Source: an uncultured Chthonomonadaceae bacterium (lineage in GTDB: Bacteria; Armatimonadota; Chthonomonadetes; Chthonomonadales; Chthonomonadaceae). From it: 64,000 nt of DNA. The stretch covers positions 32,001 to 96,000 of the forward strand of contig CAWFQB010000007.1 in NCBI GenBank assembly GCA_963817895.1. Direction: 5' to 3'. Positions 32,494 through 42,698 of the stretch are shown here, in pieces. The position numbers and the translations under genes are program-made. A model generated the notes under the pieces. That model was not told where the DNA came from, searched no databases, and saw only the letters and a list, made by a program, of their open reading frames with translations. Position 1 is the stretch's first letter; the number at the start of each line of letters is the position of its first letter.

Positions 32494-32876
32494 ACCTTCT
32501 GCTGGATACGCATAGTTTTCTGTGGTGGGATGGTGAACCGGAGAAATTGTCCGTCAGCGCAAGAACTGCCTGTGAAGATGACGATAACACGCTTTTTCTT
32601 AGCCTTGTCAGTATATGGGAAATGCAAATCAAGCATCAGCTCGGCAATCTTGCGCTACGCTTGCCCTTGCCTGAATTAATTCAGGAGCAACAGGAAACAA
32701 ACGGGCTGAAGTTGCTGCCGGTGAGTATTGAACATATATACCAATTATCGGCATTACCACCCCATCATCGTGACCCTTTTGATCGGTTGCTGATTGCGCA
32801 GGCGCAGGTAGAAGACTTTGCAATTGTCACTGTTGACACCATGATGCCTCTATACGATGTGCGTATTGTTGGATGA
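32490..32876 (+). CDS. vapC: VapC family PIN toxin
   Basis: LLLDTHSFLWW, SIWEMQIK, HHRDPFDRLLIAQA. Confidence 0.92.
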   Translation: MNLLLDTHSFLWWDGEPEKLSVSARTACEDDDNTLFLSLVSIWEMQIKHQLGNLALRLPLPELIQEQQETNGLKLLPVSIEHIYQLSALPPHHRDPFDRLLIAQAQVEDFAIVTVDTMMPLYDVRIVG

Positions 32877-32917
32877 TTTGAATAGACTACAAAAAGTTCG
32901 CTTTCTTCTTGAAGAGC

Positions 32918-33235
32918 ATGAATAACAACTTCGATAACGATGCCGAAAGTACAACGGATGAGGAGTATTCCGCCTTTGTCAAATGGCTGTCTGCTCTTGC
33001 GGTCGCTGAATTACGGCGGGCCGGGACAGATGTTGCGTTACAGAAGCAAGTTTTGTGCCGCTATTACAAACGCGGAGAACGCGCCAATCTGACGCCGAGT
33101 GAATTGATTGACTTTTTGGCCGTAAGCGGCCCTTGTACTCTGGAAGACGCCGGATACAGTAACGAGAAAGCAGTAGCACTAATGCAGATTTCCGACAGCC
33201 TGACTGATGACGACATTGCTCATGCTGTACTGTAA
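32918..33235 (+). CDS. Hypothetical protein
   Basis: Co-oriented ORF filling the gap; no family recognised. Confidence 0.5.
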   Translation: MNNNFDNDAESTTDEEYSAFVKWLSALAVAELRRAGTDVALQKQVLCRYYKRGERANLTPSELIDFLAVSGPCTLEDAGYSNEKAVALMQISDSLTDDDIAHAVL

Positions 33236-33256
33236 GCCATAGGGAGAGGGTTAAAA

Positions 33257-34198
33257 ATGGCGACAATTCGGCAGGAAGGCAAGCGGCTACTGATTGAGAC
33301 GACGGAGTTTCGAGCGGCGATACAAACCGAGGGCTACGTCAGTGGTGTGGCGGAAGGCAGTTTTATAGACCGTAAAACGGGAGCGCGCGATCCGGGCTAC
33401 GGTCTGCTGATTGCCGATTTTCTGCTTTCTCCGGGCGAAGACGCGCCGAACACGCCTGCCGAACGCCGCTATGTTTACGGCGACGGCTATCACGGCGACA
33501 TTGCCAAACACTATGTCGCGCTGCCGCAAATCTGTACGCAGGCCAAAACCCTGCCGCATGAGATTACTGCCGGGCCGGACTTTGTTGCGGTGCGGCAGTG
33601 GCATACCTGGGATGTGCCCTGCCCACCGTATCAGGCAGGCTCGAAATGGGAGCAAACTCTGCTGTTTCCCGATGGCAAGCGCTGGTTTTTAGGTTGGGAT
33701 CGTTTTGCCCCTGCGAATGACGTTGAGCAGGTAATGATGCGGATGGATATGCCCGGACACATCAAGCATCATGGCGGCGATGTGTTCAGGCAGGTGTACC
33801 TGAGCTACGCGGGCAAAATTCCGCAGTACGCCTTTCACCAGAACTTCGCGCCCGACGCCCATTTTTTGTATCGGCGCAGGGACAAACACGTTCCCAAACG
33901 CTTCATCCGCGCGTATCAGTTGGATAACGGCGTGTGGCTGGCGGGAATGGCGCTCGATCCCGCGATTGTATATGAAGCGTGGTGTCATCAGCGCGATTAT
34001 GTCTGCTTTATTGAGGAGTTCGGCGGGCGGAATGTAAAAGTGGGCGAATGGACGGGAATTGTGCATCTGGTAGGATATTTCGACAGCATTGCCGAAATGG
34101 AACATACGTATGACGCTTATCACGGCGCAACCGGCCTGCAAGTCAACGCGCAAAGCTGGTCGGTGACAAAATCCGCAATGTCTCTTCCATCCACATAG
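33257..34198 (+). CDS. Hypothetical protein (beta-rich, Trp/Tyr-rich)
   Basis: 313-aa ORF with SD and host-like codon style. Confidence 0.75.
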   Translation: MATIRQEGKRLLIETTEFRAAIQTEGYVSGVAEGSFIDRKTGARDPGYGLLIADFLLSPGEDAPNTPAERRYVYGDGYHGDIAKHYVALPQICTQAKTLPHEITAGPDFVAVRQWHTWDVPCPPYQAGSKWEQTLLFPDGKRWFLGWDRFAPANDVEQVMMRMDMPGHIKHHGGDVFRQVYLSYAGKIPQYAFHQNFAPDAHFLYRRRDKHVPKRFIRAYQLDNGVWLAGMALDPAIVYEAWCHQRDYVCFIEEFGGRNVKVGEWTGIVHLVGYFDSIAEMEHTYDAYHGATGLQVNAQSWSVTKSAMSLPST

Positions 34199-34232
34199 GC
34201 CCTACATTCAACAACATTCAAAGGAGAATGTC

Positions 34233-34853
34233 ATGCGTCCCTGTCCTACCTGCAACGCGCCAAATCCAATGAGTAATACCGCCTGCTACTCGTGTGGACA
34301 TTCCCTAACGTCACCGCCCGCGCACGGACAAGCGCCGCCTGCCATGCAGACCTACCCGCCACCGCAACAACTGCAACAGTATGCGCCGCAAGCGTACCCA
34401 CAGCAAGCGCCCGCGCCCCCAATGCAGCAGGGATACGCGCCACAGCAGCCGTACTCGCCGCAGCCCGGTATGCCCCATTATCCACAGGGCTACGCGCCGC
34501 AGCCTCCACCCGGCGTGTACCCTCAACAAATGGCTGCCGCGCCTCCGAACTTCAACCCGGCTGAAGTCGTTAGAGCCGCGCAGATTAAAAAGGAGTATCG
34601 CGCCATAACCGCGCGGCTGCTGTTGGCGGTACTGGCGATGATAGTGGCAGGGGGCGCGATTGCATACGGCTTGAAAGGGCAACAAGCGGTACTCGGCATC
34701 CCCACCATGTTCTGGTGCTGCGCGCCCGTACTTGGCATGATGGCGTATGCCGTTGCCATTTGCCGCTGTCCCGGCTGCAAAGCCTCCCTGATGATGCGCA
34801 ACAACGTCAATGAGACGGGGCAATGTCCGTTCTGCAACGCGCAATTGAAGTAG
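34233..34853 (+). CDS. Zinc-ribbon, Pro/Gln-rich membrane protein
   Basis: N-terminal CxxC..CxxC, PQ linker, two TM helices, C-terminal CPGC..CPFC; AAGGAG SD. Confidence 0.8.
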   Translation: MRPCPTCNAPNPMSNTACYSCGHSLTSPPAHGQAPPAMQTYPPPQQLQQYAPQAYPQQAPAPPMQQGYAPQQPYSPQPGMPHYPQGYAPQPPPGVYPQQMAAAPPNFNPAEVVRAAQIKKEYRAITARLLLAVLAMIVAGGAIAYGLKGQQAVLGIPTMFWCCAPVLGMMAYAVAICRCPGCKASLMMRNNVNETGQCPFCNAQLK

Positions 34854-34863
34854 GAGCGCAGTT

Positions 34864-35163
34864 ATGCTGAAAGCGAACTACGATCAATTTCTTGCCAACG
34901 TTTTGCGTAGCGAACGCGCTGCCTACGGTTTCGTCGCAAATGCGTCGTATGGAGCGGATTTACCCGCCGAGTTGGTATGGCTGCTGATACGCGCCCTTGT
35001 TCGGGAAAAAGAATTAACGCTCAATCATGCGGCACGAGTGGTTCTGGATTTCACCGAGCGCAATGGCGAACAGATACCGCATTTGCTAGCCGGTAAACCG
35101 TTCGTCGGCAAAATCCCGGCAGAAGATGCGGCGGAAACGCGGGAACGAACGTATCAACATTAA
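34864..35163 (+). CDS. Hypothetical protein
   Basis: GGAG SD, tightly packed co-oriented ORF. Confidence 0.6.
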   Translation: MLKANYDQFLANVLRSERAAYGFVANASYGADLPAELVWLLIRALVREKELTLNHAARVVLDFTERNGEQIPHLLAGKPFVGKIPAEDAAETRERTYQH

Positions 35164-35186
35164 ACTTTGCGTAAGGAGATACGATT

Positions 35187-36176
35187 TTGGAGTATCGGAA
35201 GGTTGGGAGGACGGGATTGAAGGTGTCGGAACTGTGTTTGGGAACCATGCAGTTCGGCTGGACGAGCGATGAGGATACGAGCCGACAGGTGATGGACACG
35301 TTTTGGGAAGCGGGCGGCAACTTCATTGACACCGCCGACATTTACACGAATTGGGCGGGCGAGGTTTCCTACGGCGGCAAGTCGGAAGAGATCATCGGGC
35401 GTTGGATTAAGGACAAGGGTATTCGGCGCGATTGCGTGTTGGCAACCAAAGCGCGGGGGCGCATGTGGCCGGGTCCGAACGGCGAAGGGCTGTCGCGTTC
35501 GCACATCATGCAGGCCTGTGAGGACAGCCTGCGCCGACTGCAAACCGATGTCATAGACCTGTACCAGTGCCATTGGGCGGATTTGAACACGCCCATTGAA
35601 GAAACCCTGTCTGCGCTGGATGATCTGGTCAAAGCGGGCAAGGTGCGCTATATCGGCGCGTCCAATTACCCCGCGTGGCGGCTGATGGAAGCGGCGGGCG
35701 TGGCGGACAAGAAGCATCTGGCGCGGTTTGACTGCTATCAGCCGGAATACTCGCTTATGGAACGGCAATTGTTTGAGTACGAGGCGATGCCGTTCTGCAA
35801 GCATTACGGCGTGGGCGTGATCCCCTACTCGCCGCTTGCCGGGGGCTTTCTGACCGGCAAGTACCGCCGCGATACGCCCAAACCCGACAGTGTCCGGGCG
35901 GGCGGTATTCTGGACAAGTACGGCAACGATCAGGGGTACGGCGTGATCGAAACGCTGGAAGCTATCGGCAAAGAACACGGCAAAACCGTTGCGCAAACGT
36001 CTCTCGCATGGCAGTTGTCCAACCCGGTCATTACGGCCCCTATCATCGGCGCGAACACGCCCGACCAGTTGAACGACCTGCTCGGCGTATCCGGCTACCG
36101 CTTGTCCCCCGAAGAGGTCACGCGCCTGAATGAAGCCACCAAATGGTCGCGCAACTGGCGTCCAATTTGGGACTAA
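35187..36176 (+). CDS. Aldo/keto reductase
   Basis: [57 protein letters not shown]. Confidence 0.93.
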   Translation: MEYRKVGRTGLKVSELCLGTMQFGWTSDEDTSRQVMDTFWEAGGNFIDTADIYTNWAGEVSYGGKSEEIIGRWIKDKGIRRDCVLATKARGRMWPGPNGEGLSRSHIMQACEDSLRRLQTDVIDLYQCHWADLNTPIEETLSALDDLVKAGKVRYIGASNYPAWRLMEAAGVADKKHLARFDCYQPEYSLMERQLFEYEAMPFCKHYGVGVIPYSPLAGGFLTGKYRRDTPKPDSVRAGGILDKYGNDQGYGVIETLEAIGKEHGKTVAQTSLAWQLSNPVITAPIIGANTPDQLNDLLGVSGYRLSPEEVTRLNEATKWSRNWRPIWD

Positions 36177-36226
36177 GAAGAGTTTAGCCGCGAATAAACG
36201 CAAATAAACGCAAATAGATACAAAAA

Positions 36227-36299
36227 CCCCCTCGTCAGGCAACGCAGGAGCCGCATGATCGCAGGGGAGGGTGTCCACAAGTGGATGCCCGGGGTGAGG
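36227..36299 (+). repeat. Family C hairpin element
   Basis: ggggagggtgtccacaagtggatgcccggggtgagg. Confidence 0.7.
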
Positions 36300-36301
36300 T
36301 A

Positions 36302-36595
36302 ATGATTGCCGCATGGACGCCGCCCAATTGGGTGTATAACTGTTTTCCGCAGCCGGAACCGAACGTGGAAATTGTTTCGCTCTCTTACGTGGTAGCGGCC
36401 ATGCAGGAACAGGTAGACCAATGCACCGAGTGGGACAGTACGCCGCTTGGCTCTGTGCTGCACGTCGCCCACATGCTGGTGTGTTTTCAGGGGGCGGACG
36501 GATCGTGGGCGGCAACGCTCAATCTGCGTACAGGCGATGACGCAGGAGCAGAGCGCACGCCATGCGCCGCGCGATCTTTTGCGCCGCTTGAATGA
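36302..36595 (+). CDS. Hypothetical protein
   Basis: Short ORF after a GAGG SD; no family recognised. Confidence 0.35.
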   Translation: MIAAWTPPNWVYNCFPQPEPNVEIVSLSYVVAAMQEQVDQCTEWDSTPLGSVLHVAHMLVCFQGADGSWAATLNLRTGDDAGAERTPCAARSFAPLE

Positions 36596-36802
36596 AATTC
36601 TGGCTTCCTCAGAATTTGATTCTGCGATTTCTCGCAGCGAAGCAGGAATCGCCGCGCAAAAGTAGAATAATGCTTTAGAACAATCCCGCATTTTCGGTGT
36701 CAAAGGGTCTATATGCCCCTTCGTCCAACGTTTTCTATTCAATGTTCTCCCTTGAGTGTCTCTTCTGTATACCGCGCCTGAAGCGCAAAGGAGTGTACGC
36801 AG

Positions 36803-37868
36803 ATGCAATTCGACGATCAACTCGACCATTTCAAACAGCAAAGCAGCCAGTCGCCGCTTTCCCGCCGCGATTTTGTCCGCGCGCTTTCCATTGCCGGCGC
36901 AGCCGGACCGGGGCTTGTCGCCGCCGGACTGTCCGGGATCGCCCTTACCTCTACACAGCGCGTTGAAGCCGCCGAAGCCATGGTGGACGGTTTGGGCAAA
37001 CTGCCCAAAGTAAAATTCGGCACACGCATGGGCAACATGATGGTCGCGCCCCTGTGTATTTCACAGGACTGGAGCCGCGAACTGCTGGCCCCCGCCATAG
37101 AGATGGGCGTCAACTTCATTCACAAAGCCGGATATTGGAACGAACTGCCGGAGGACATCAAAAATCTGCCGCGCGAGTCCTACTACACGGACATTACCGT
37201 AGATAGCACCAGTCCGGGCGCCCACGATCCTGACAGCTTCGACGAAGCCTACAATCAGGTGAAGAACACACTGGCGAAAAACGGCCTGAAGTATTACGAT
37301 GTATACCGCGCGCACTATGGCTGGCGGACGCCAGACAAGGTGATGAAGGAGAACAACACGTCGTACAAGGCGTTCCTGAAACTGAAGAAAGAGGGACTGG
37401 TCAAATATTTCGGCGTGTCCCAGCATCCCTATACTGGTGTGGGCAACAGCAGAATCCCCCATTCCCACCTACCCGACAATGATCAATGCCTGTATCGACT
37501 CCGGGATCGTTGATTGCATGCAGGTTTGGTTCAGCTATAACGACGACTATACCAAAGAGGTGCAGGACGCCTTTGCCAGAGCCAGCAAAGCCGGCATCGG
37601 TATGACCGCCATGAAAATCAACCAGCATGGGCGCAAAAAGATGGGCGGCGACGCTGAAAAGCAGAAAGAGATGAAAGCCGACGGCATGATCGGACGCTCC
37701 CTCATCCGTTACGCCATGACCACCAGGCGGCCCGACGGCAAGCCGATCTTCCATACCTGCGTGTCCAACCTGCGCAGCGTGCAAACATTCGAGGAGAATG
37801 TCGGCGGCGTCAGCCCCAAAGTGGCACTACGCGATGGTTTCGACGATTCCATACGCGGCCTCGCCTGA
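36803..37868 (+). CDS. Tat-signal aldo/keto reductase-like protein (frameshift near 37440)
   Basis: SRRDFV twin-Arg motif; LPKVKFG, AIEMGVNFI, LKKEGLVKYFGVSQH, AGIGMTAMK. Confidence 0.75.
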
Positions 37869-37894
37869 GAAACCCCCGTTTTCAATCGGAACAC

Positions 37895-37944
37895 AACAAC
37901 GCGCCCTGCTCATCTCTTTTTGGAGGGGAGCAGGGCGCGTTGTT
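37895..37944. terminator. Hairpin between convergent genes
   Basis: aacaacgcgccctgctc ... gagcagggcgcgttgtt. Confidence 0.7.
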
Positions 37945-37945
37945 T

Positions 37946-38011
37946 AGATAGGAGATAGGAGATACGAGGTACGAGTGTGATACATCTACTCGTATCTCCT
38001 ATCTCCTATCT
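37946..38011. repeat. Inverted heptamer tandem repeat (GATAGGA)n/(TCCTATC)n
   Basis: Visible directly. Confidence 0.8.
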
Positions 38012-38018
38012 TCCTCAC

Positions 38019-39257
38019 CTACACCGGGCGTCCGGTTTTGTCGTCAATGCGGTTGCCGGTGACTGTGTCGGCGGCTTTTTCCATGATGCCGCGCGTATCG
38101 GGAGCGCCGGAACCGTCAACGGCATGCCCGCCCGTTTGAACGCCGGGAATGCTGCCTTCCGTGCTTTGCACCGCGCCGGAAGCCGTTGCCGCTATGTCGC
38201 GCGCCGTATGGCCGGCGGCAGTGCCGAAGGTGGTACCAGTCGTCGTTGTCGTGCCGGCGATCTGCTCCACTTCTACATCCGTGCGGCGAACCGTATCGTG
38301 AACCGTTTCCGTGCGCTCGGTTGCGGCCTTGCCAACAACCACTTCCTCGACAATGCGCGCTTCTTTGGCGACGACCGGCACTTCCGCCGTTTCCGTCACT
38401 TCAATCACGCCTTCGCGCAGATTGTTCAGCGTGGCCGCGTCTACCGGGCGATTGACCGCATGGCGCTCGACGGTGACATGCTCTTCGCGCAGGTTGATGC
38501 TCTCCTGAACGGGTGTTTCCGTGACATGGCTGTATACGCGAACGCCACCGCTCTGCACCTGTCGCTTGCCGAGCGCAATGGACTCTTCCACGACGGGAAG
38601 AACCGTTTCGCCCTGCGCGTTCACCGACTTGGTGGTCATGGGAGCAGCCGTCACAGGCGTAGTATTCATGGTCGCTGCCGTAGTGGTTGTAGCCACAGCC
38701 GCTGTTGCCGCGCCGGGAACATAGCCTTCATTGCGATACTGGTCAACGCGCTCATCAATGTTGACCGCGCCATCTTCGCCCAGAATTTCGGCGACACGCT
38801 GCGCCTGCTCGTCCTGCGCCCGAACCGCCAGCAGAATTCCGCCACGTCGCACGGCCTCGTTATAGTGGGAAGCATCATCCGCAGGAACGCCAACCGAAGT
38901 CAGCGCGCCGACCAGTCCACCGACAACCGCGCCCGTCGCGGCTCCGAGGATCATGCCGCCAAGCCAGCCCGCGGTGGCAATCCAGCCAAGACCGGGAATG
39001 GCAAGCCCGGTAAGTCCGAGCAGCAGGCCCGCGACGCCGCCGTATTCCGCGCCGACAACCGCGTCATGCCCAATAGCGTGACCGGACACATGCGGTTCGC
39101 CCGTCGTAGTCGTGTCTGTCGAGTTGGCCGCGTACTGGCCGTTTTCGTTGTTGGCGACAATGCTAATATCGTTGTGGCCGACGCCGGCGCTTTCCAGATC
39201 AGTTGCGGCTTTTTTAGCCTCATCGAACGTGTCGAACAAACCTACGATGGTTTTCAA
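38019..39257 (-). CDS. General stress protein with YsnF/AvaK (DUF2382) domain
   Basis: TIVGLFD, Gly-zipper region, LPVVEESIALGKRQV..GGVRV..LREEHVTVERH..VVAKEARIVEEVVV. Confidence 0.9.
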   Translation of the reverse strand: MKTIVGLFDTFDEAKKAATDLESAGVGHNDISIVANNENGQYAANSTDTTTTGEPHVSGHAIGHDAVVGAEYGGVAGLLLGLTGLAIPGLGWIATAGWLGGMILGAATGAVVGGLVGALTSVGVPADDASHYNEAVRRGGILLAVRAQDEQAQRVAEILGEDGAVNIDERVDQYRNEGYVPGAATAAVATTTTAATMNTTPVTAAPMTTKSVNAQGETVLPVVEESIALGKRQVQSGGVRVYSHVTETPVQESINLREEHVTVERHAVNRPVDAATLNNLREGVIEVTETAEVPVVAKEARIVEEVVVGKAATERTETVHDTVRRTDVEVEQIAGTTTTTGTTFGTAAGHTARDIAATASGAVQSTEGSIPGVQTGGHAVDGSGAPDTRGIMEKAADTVTGNRIDDKTGRPV

Positions 39258-39386
39258 AATCGTTTCTCCTTACGAGGGGAATGTGCGGCATCTATGACCG
39301 CGTAATGGTGTTCGCAGCGAAGCAGGCTGCAGCTGCTACTACACTTTGCCGTCAGTCCTGTTGTTCCTGTTCCGAGCAGGAACAAC

Positions 39387-39602
39387 TCAGGGACTGCTTG
39401 CGGACTTTGCTCCCGAAGCGGGGCGCGTATTTCCTGTGGGCGCGGTGTCGTTGTTACTGCTGCCGGCGTGCATCACCCGGTAAAGACCGAAAGCGATGAC
39501 AAGCACGATGAGTATTGCCAGTACCAGCGCGATGGGAGACGGCCCTTTCTTCTCCGGGCGATCATAAATTTTTACGTTGGATGTAGAATTCGGATCGGAC
39601 AT
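39387..39602 (-). CDS. Small single-TM protein
   Basis: GGAG SD; NVKIYDRPE followed by a hydrophobic helix. Confidence 0.65.
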   Translation of the reverse strand: MSDPNSTSNVKIYDRPEKKGPSPIALVLAILIVLVIAFGLYRVMHAGSSNNDTAPTGNTRPASGAKSASSP

Positions 39603-39963
39603 ATCAGTTTTGCTCTCCGACGCCAACACGCATCCAGGCAGGTTCGCATCAAAAGGACACAAGAGAAAACCAGCCGCAACACAACTTCCAACCGCCCACA
39701 GGTTTGCGCCTGCGCTGACACGGAAGGAATTGTAAAGAAACAGGCTGGTACAACGGGATGAGGGCCTTGCCGGACGGACAAATCCGCATCCATAAACACT
39801 AAAAATACGCTTCACAGATACTTTTCAGAAATGCTGTTCGCGCTTACGTCAGAACATGCGGCAGACGCGCAAATACCGGGAAAGGTTCCACAACATTCAG
39901 GGACGAAAACACTGCTGTTTTCGTCCCTAAATCCTCATGCCGACACGGTTAACGCGGAAGCAA

Positions 39964-40197
39964 TTACTTGCTGTCGCTATCCGCGCTCCTCGCGCCTCCA
40001 CCGCTTCCCCCGCCCTGCGTTCCGTCCTGATTGGCTTTTGATTGCGTATACTGGCGCCCTGTCGTGCCGCTCATAGACCCCATAGACGAATTGCCACCCG
40101 TATCATCCGACCCATGCGAACAGCCACCCAATCCCGTCAGGCTCAATGTTAGTCCCAGGCCTGCCAGCCACAGGGAACGCGAATTTCGTTTTGTCAT
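39964..40197 (-). CDS. Small Gly/Ser-rich lipoprotein
   Basis: AAGGAG SD; signal peptide with LGGC lipobox-like motif. Confidence 0.7.
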   Translation of the reverse strand: MTKRNSRSLWLAGLGLTLSLTGLGGCSHGSDDTGGNSSMGSMSGTTGRQYTQSKANQDGTQGGGSGGGARSADSDSK

Positions 40198-40456
40198 ATT
40201 CTATCTCCTTCTATCCTCCTTAATTTCTATAATCATAATAGTATAGCGCGAAAACGCCATGACATTCCTCCTCCAGCCACACGAATTTGACGAAAAATGG
40301 TTGCATGATGACAGGGCAGATTTCCATAGGTAAAGATACATCATTCGTTTATAATGTTTTGCCTGTCGGCACAGTAAAAGGTGTAAGGCTGACGCAATTC
40401 TGTCAAAACCCCTCTGGCGCAGCATCTTCCGGGCGCAAAGCCGCCCCGAAAAGGAG

Positions 40457-41416
40457 TTGGATTTCGTGGAAAAAATACCTTTTGAGCAGGAAACACAGGA
40501 TTTACTGGAAGCCGAGCGCGAGCGCCGAAGTGTTGCGCGGCGCGATCTGCTTCGCGGCCTGAGCGTGGGCGCAGTGGCCGCTCTGGGCGGCTTTGTCGTC
40601 AGCGGCTGTCAGTTCCGATCACAACAGCAACAACACAAACAACAATGGCAACAACGGCGCTAACAATGGCGCCACGCCAGGCACGGCCCGCGACATAGAC
40701 ATTCTCAACTTCGCGCTGAATCTGGAATATCTGGAAGCGGAGTTCTACACCTACGCGACGACCGGACAGGGCATTGAAGCGCAGGGCATTGCCATCACCG
40801 GACAAAACGGGACGGGGGGTACGACGCAGGCAGGCACGACGATTGGCGGCGCAAAGGTCAATTTCGACAACAGCGTCATTGCCACTGTCGCCGCAGCAGC
40901 TCGCCTTTGATGAGCGGACGCATGTTACGGACCTGCGCAACACCATCACTTCTCTGGGCGGCAAGCCGGTCGCCAGGCCGACCATCAATCTGGCCGCGCT
41001 GGCTCCGCAGGGCGTGGACATCAGCACCACGAATGGCTGTTTAATCGCGTCTCGCGCTTTTGAAGATACCGGCGTGAGCGCGTATGGCGGCGCGGCGCGT
41101 TTCATCAATAACAAAGACATTTTGCGGGCTTCGTCGCGTATCCTCGCCGTAGAAAGCTACCATGCCGCCAACATCCGGCTGCTGATTGCGCAGCGCGGAC
41201 TTGCGGACCCGGCCACAGACAATCTCGATGTGCCGCCGCCCCCGACCGGCACAGCTGTATTTTGCCGTAGACAACAACGCGCTGGCGATTATCCGCACTC
41301 CCCGGCAGGTGCTGAACATCGTCCTTGCCACGCCCAACAGCGCGACCTCGACCAAAGGCGGATTCTTCCCGACGGGAACCTACGCGAACCTGGCGACGCT
41401 GACGTCGCTGGCATAA
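40457..41416 (+). CDS. Tat-exported ferritin-like (desiccation-associated type) protein, copy 1 (frameshifted)
   Basis: ARRDLL; DIDILNFALNLEYLEAEFY, DERTHV, FEDTGVSAY, ILAVESYHA, GGFFP. Confidence 0.85.
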
Positions 41417-41572
41417 AATAACGGTGTTCAGGTGTTCGGGGATTCAGGTGTTCGAATACGCTCAGGCCCGCATACTCTTAAACCCGAACCTGCGCGAAAT
41501 ACGCGGCATCAACCATAACGTGAAACATAGCGTTGCTTTCACTTTAACTATTTGATAACCGGAGATTTAGCT

Positions 41573-42537
41573 TTGAAATCCAATGAAACGCAAACGCGCG
41601 TGGAGCGCGTTGAAGAGGAAACGATTCAGGACGCTTTGAGCGATCCGCAGCGCGTCCAAACCCTTGATACTCTGCTGTCGCGCCGCAACGTGTTGCGCGG
41701 ATTGAGCGGCGGAACCCTCGCGCTGATGGCGGGAGCGACGCTGACCGGCGCGGAACAGGCTGCGGAAGCGGGACCTGCCGGCGTAGGTCGAACGCGCGAC
41801 ACCAATCTGGACATTCAGATTTTGAACTTCGCGCTTCATGCCGAGTATCTGGAGGGCGAGTTCTACACCTATGCGTTTACGGGCCAGGGCATGACCGCCA
41901 ACGGCATTGACGTGACCGGCGTGGACGGCAGCGGCAATCCGGTCGCAGTCGGCCCGACAACCGGCGGCACGCAAAATCAATTTCACGGATGCGGGCGTTC
42001 AGTCGGTCGGCAACAACATCTGGCAGGACGAGTTGAAGCATATCGCTTTCATTCGCAGCCACCATCACGCAATTGGGTGGGAAGCCGATTGCCAAGCCGC
42101 CGCAAAATCTGGCCGCGCTTGCCACGCAATTGGGCATTGATCCCGCGTCACAGGCCAACTTCCTGATTGGCGGACGCTCGTTCTGCGATACCGGCATATC
42201 GGCCTATTGCGGCACATCCAAATACCTGACGAATGCCGCCGTTATTGAGGGCGCGGCCCGAATTGTGGCGGTAGAAGCGTTTCATGCGGGAGCCTTGCGG
42301 CTGCAAATCGCGCAGCACAATATTACCGCGCCCGCGCTCGACAACATTGACGTGCCGCCGCCGCCCGCAAACGCCAACTACTTCACCGTAGACCAGAACG
42401 CTTTCGCTATCAGCCGCAGCGCGCGCCAGGTTCTCAATATCCTGTTCCTGACGCCCAACAGCACCAATTCCACAGCCGGCGGCTTTTATCCGCAGGGCGT
42501 GTACGGCAATATCGCTACGCTGGAACAGCTTGTCTAG
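41573..42537 (+). CDS. Tat-exported ferritin-like protein, copy 2 (frameshifted)
   Basis: SRRNVL; DIQILNFALHAEYLEGEFY, DELKH, FCDTGISAY, IVAVEAFHA, GGFYP. Confidence 0.85.
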
Positions 42538-42559
42538 TCTATGACAGCGCCTTCGTAAA

Positions 42560-42599
42560 AACACGCAAGGCCAACCTGTACAGGTTGGCCTTGCGTGTT
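42560..42599. terminator. Perfect 40-bp palindrome between convergent genes
   Basis: aacacgcaaggccaacctgt|acaggttggccttgcgtgtt. Confidence 0.7.
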
Positions 42600-42623
42600 C
42601 TAGTATGAGAGCCAATCTCAATG

Positions 42624-42683
42624 GCCCTCAACCCGGGCGTCCACTCGTGGACATACCCCTTTTCCCAACTTTCGGAGAAGGGG
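42624..42683 (-). repeat. Family C hairpin element (reverse)
   Basis: gccctcaacccgggcgtccactcgtggacatacccct..ggagaagggg. Confidence 0.75.
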
Positions 42684-42698
42684 AAGCTATATCAGGTT

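Noticed and set aside
24927..36595. Integron-like cassette array of small co-oriented genes
   Set aside because: No integrase and no consistent attC (RYYYAAC..GTTRRRY) sites found
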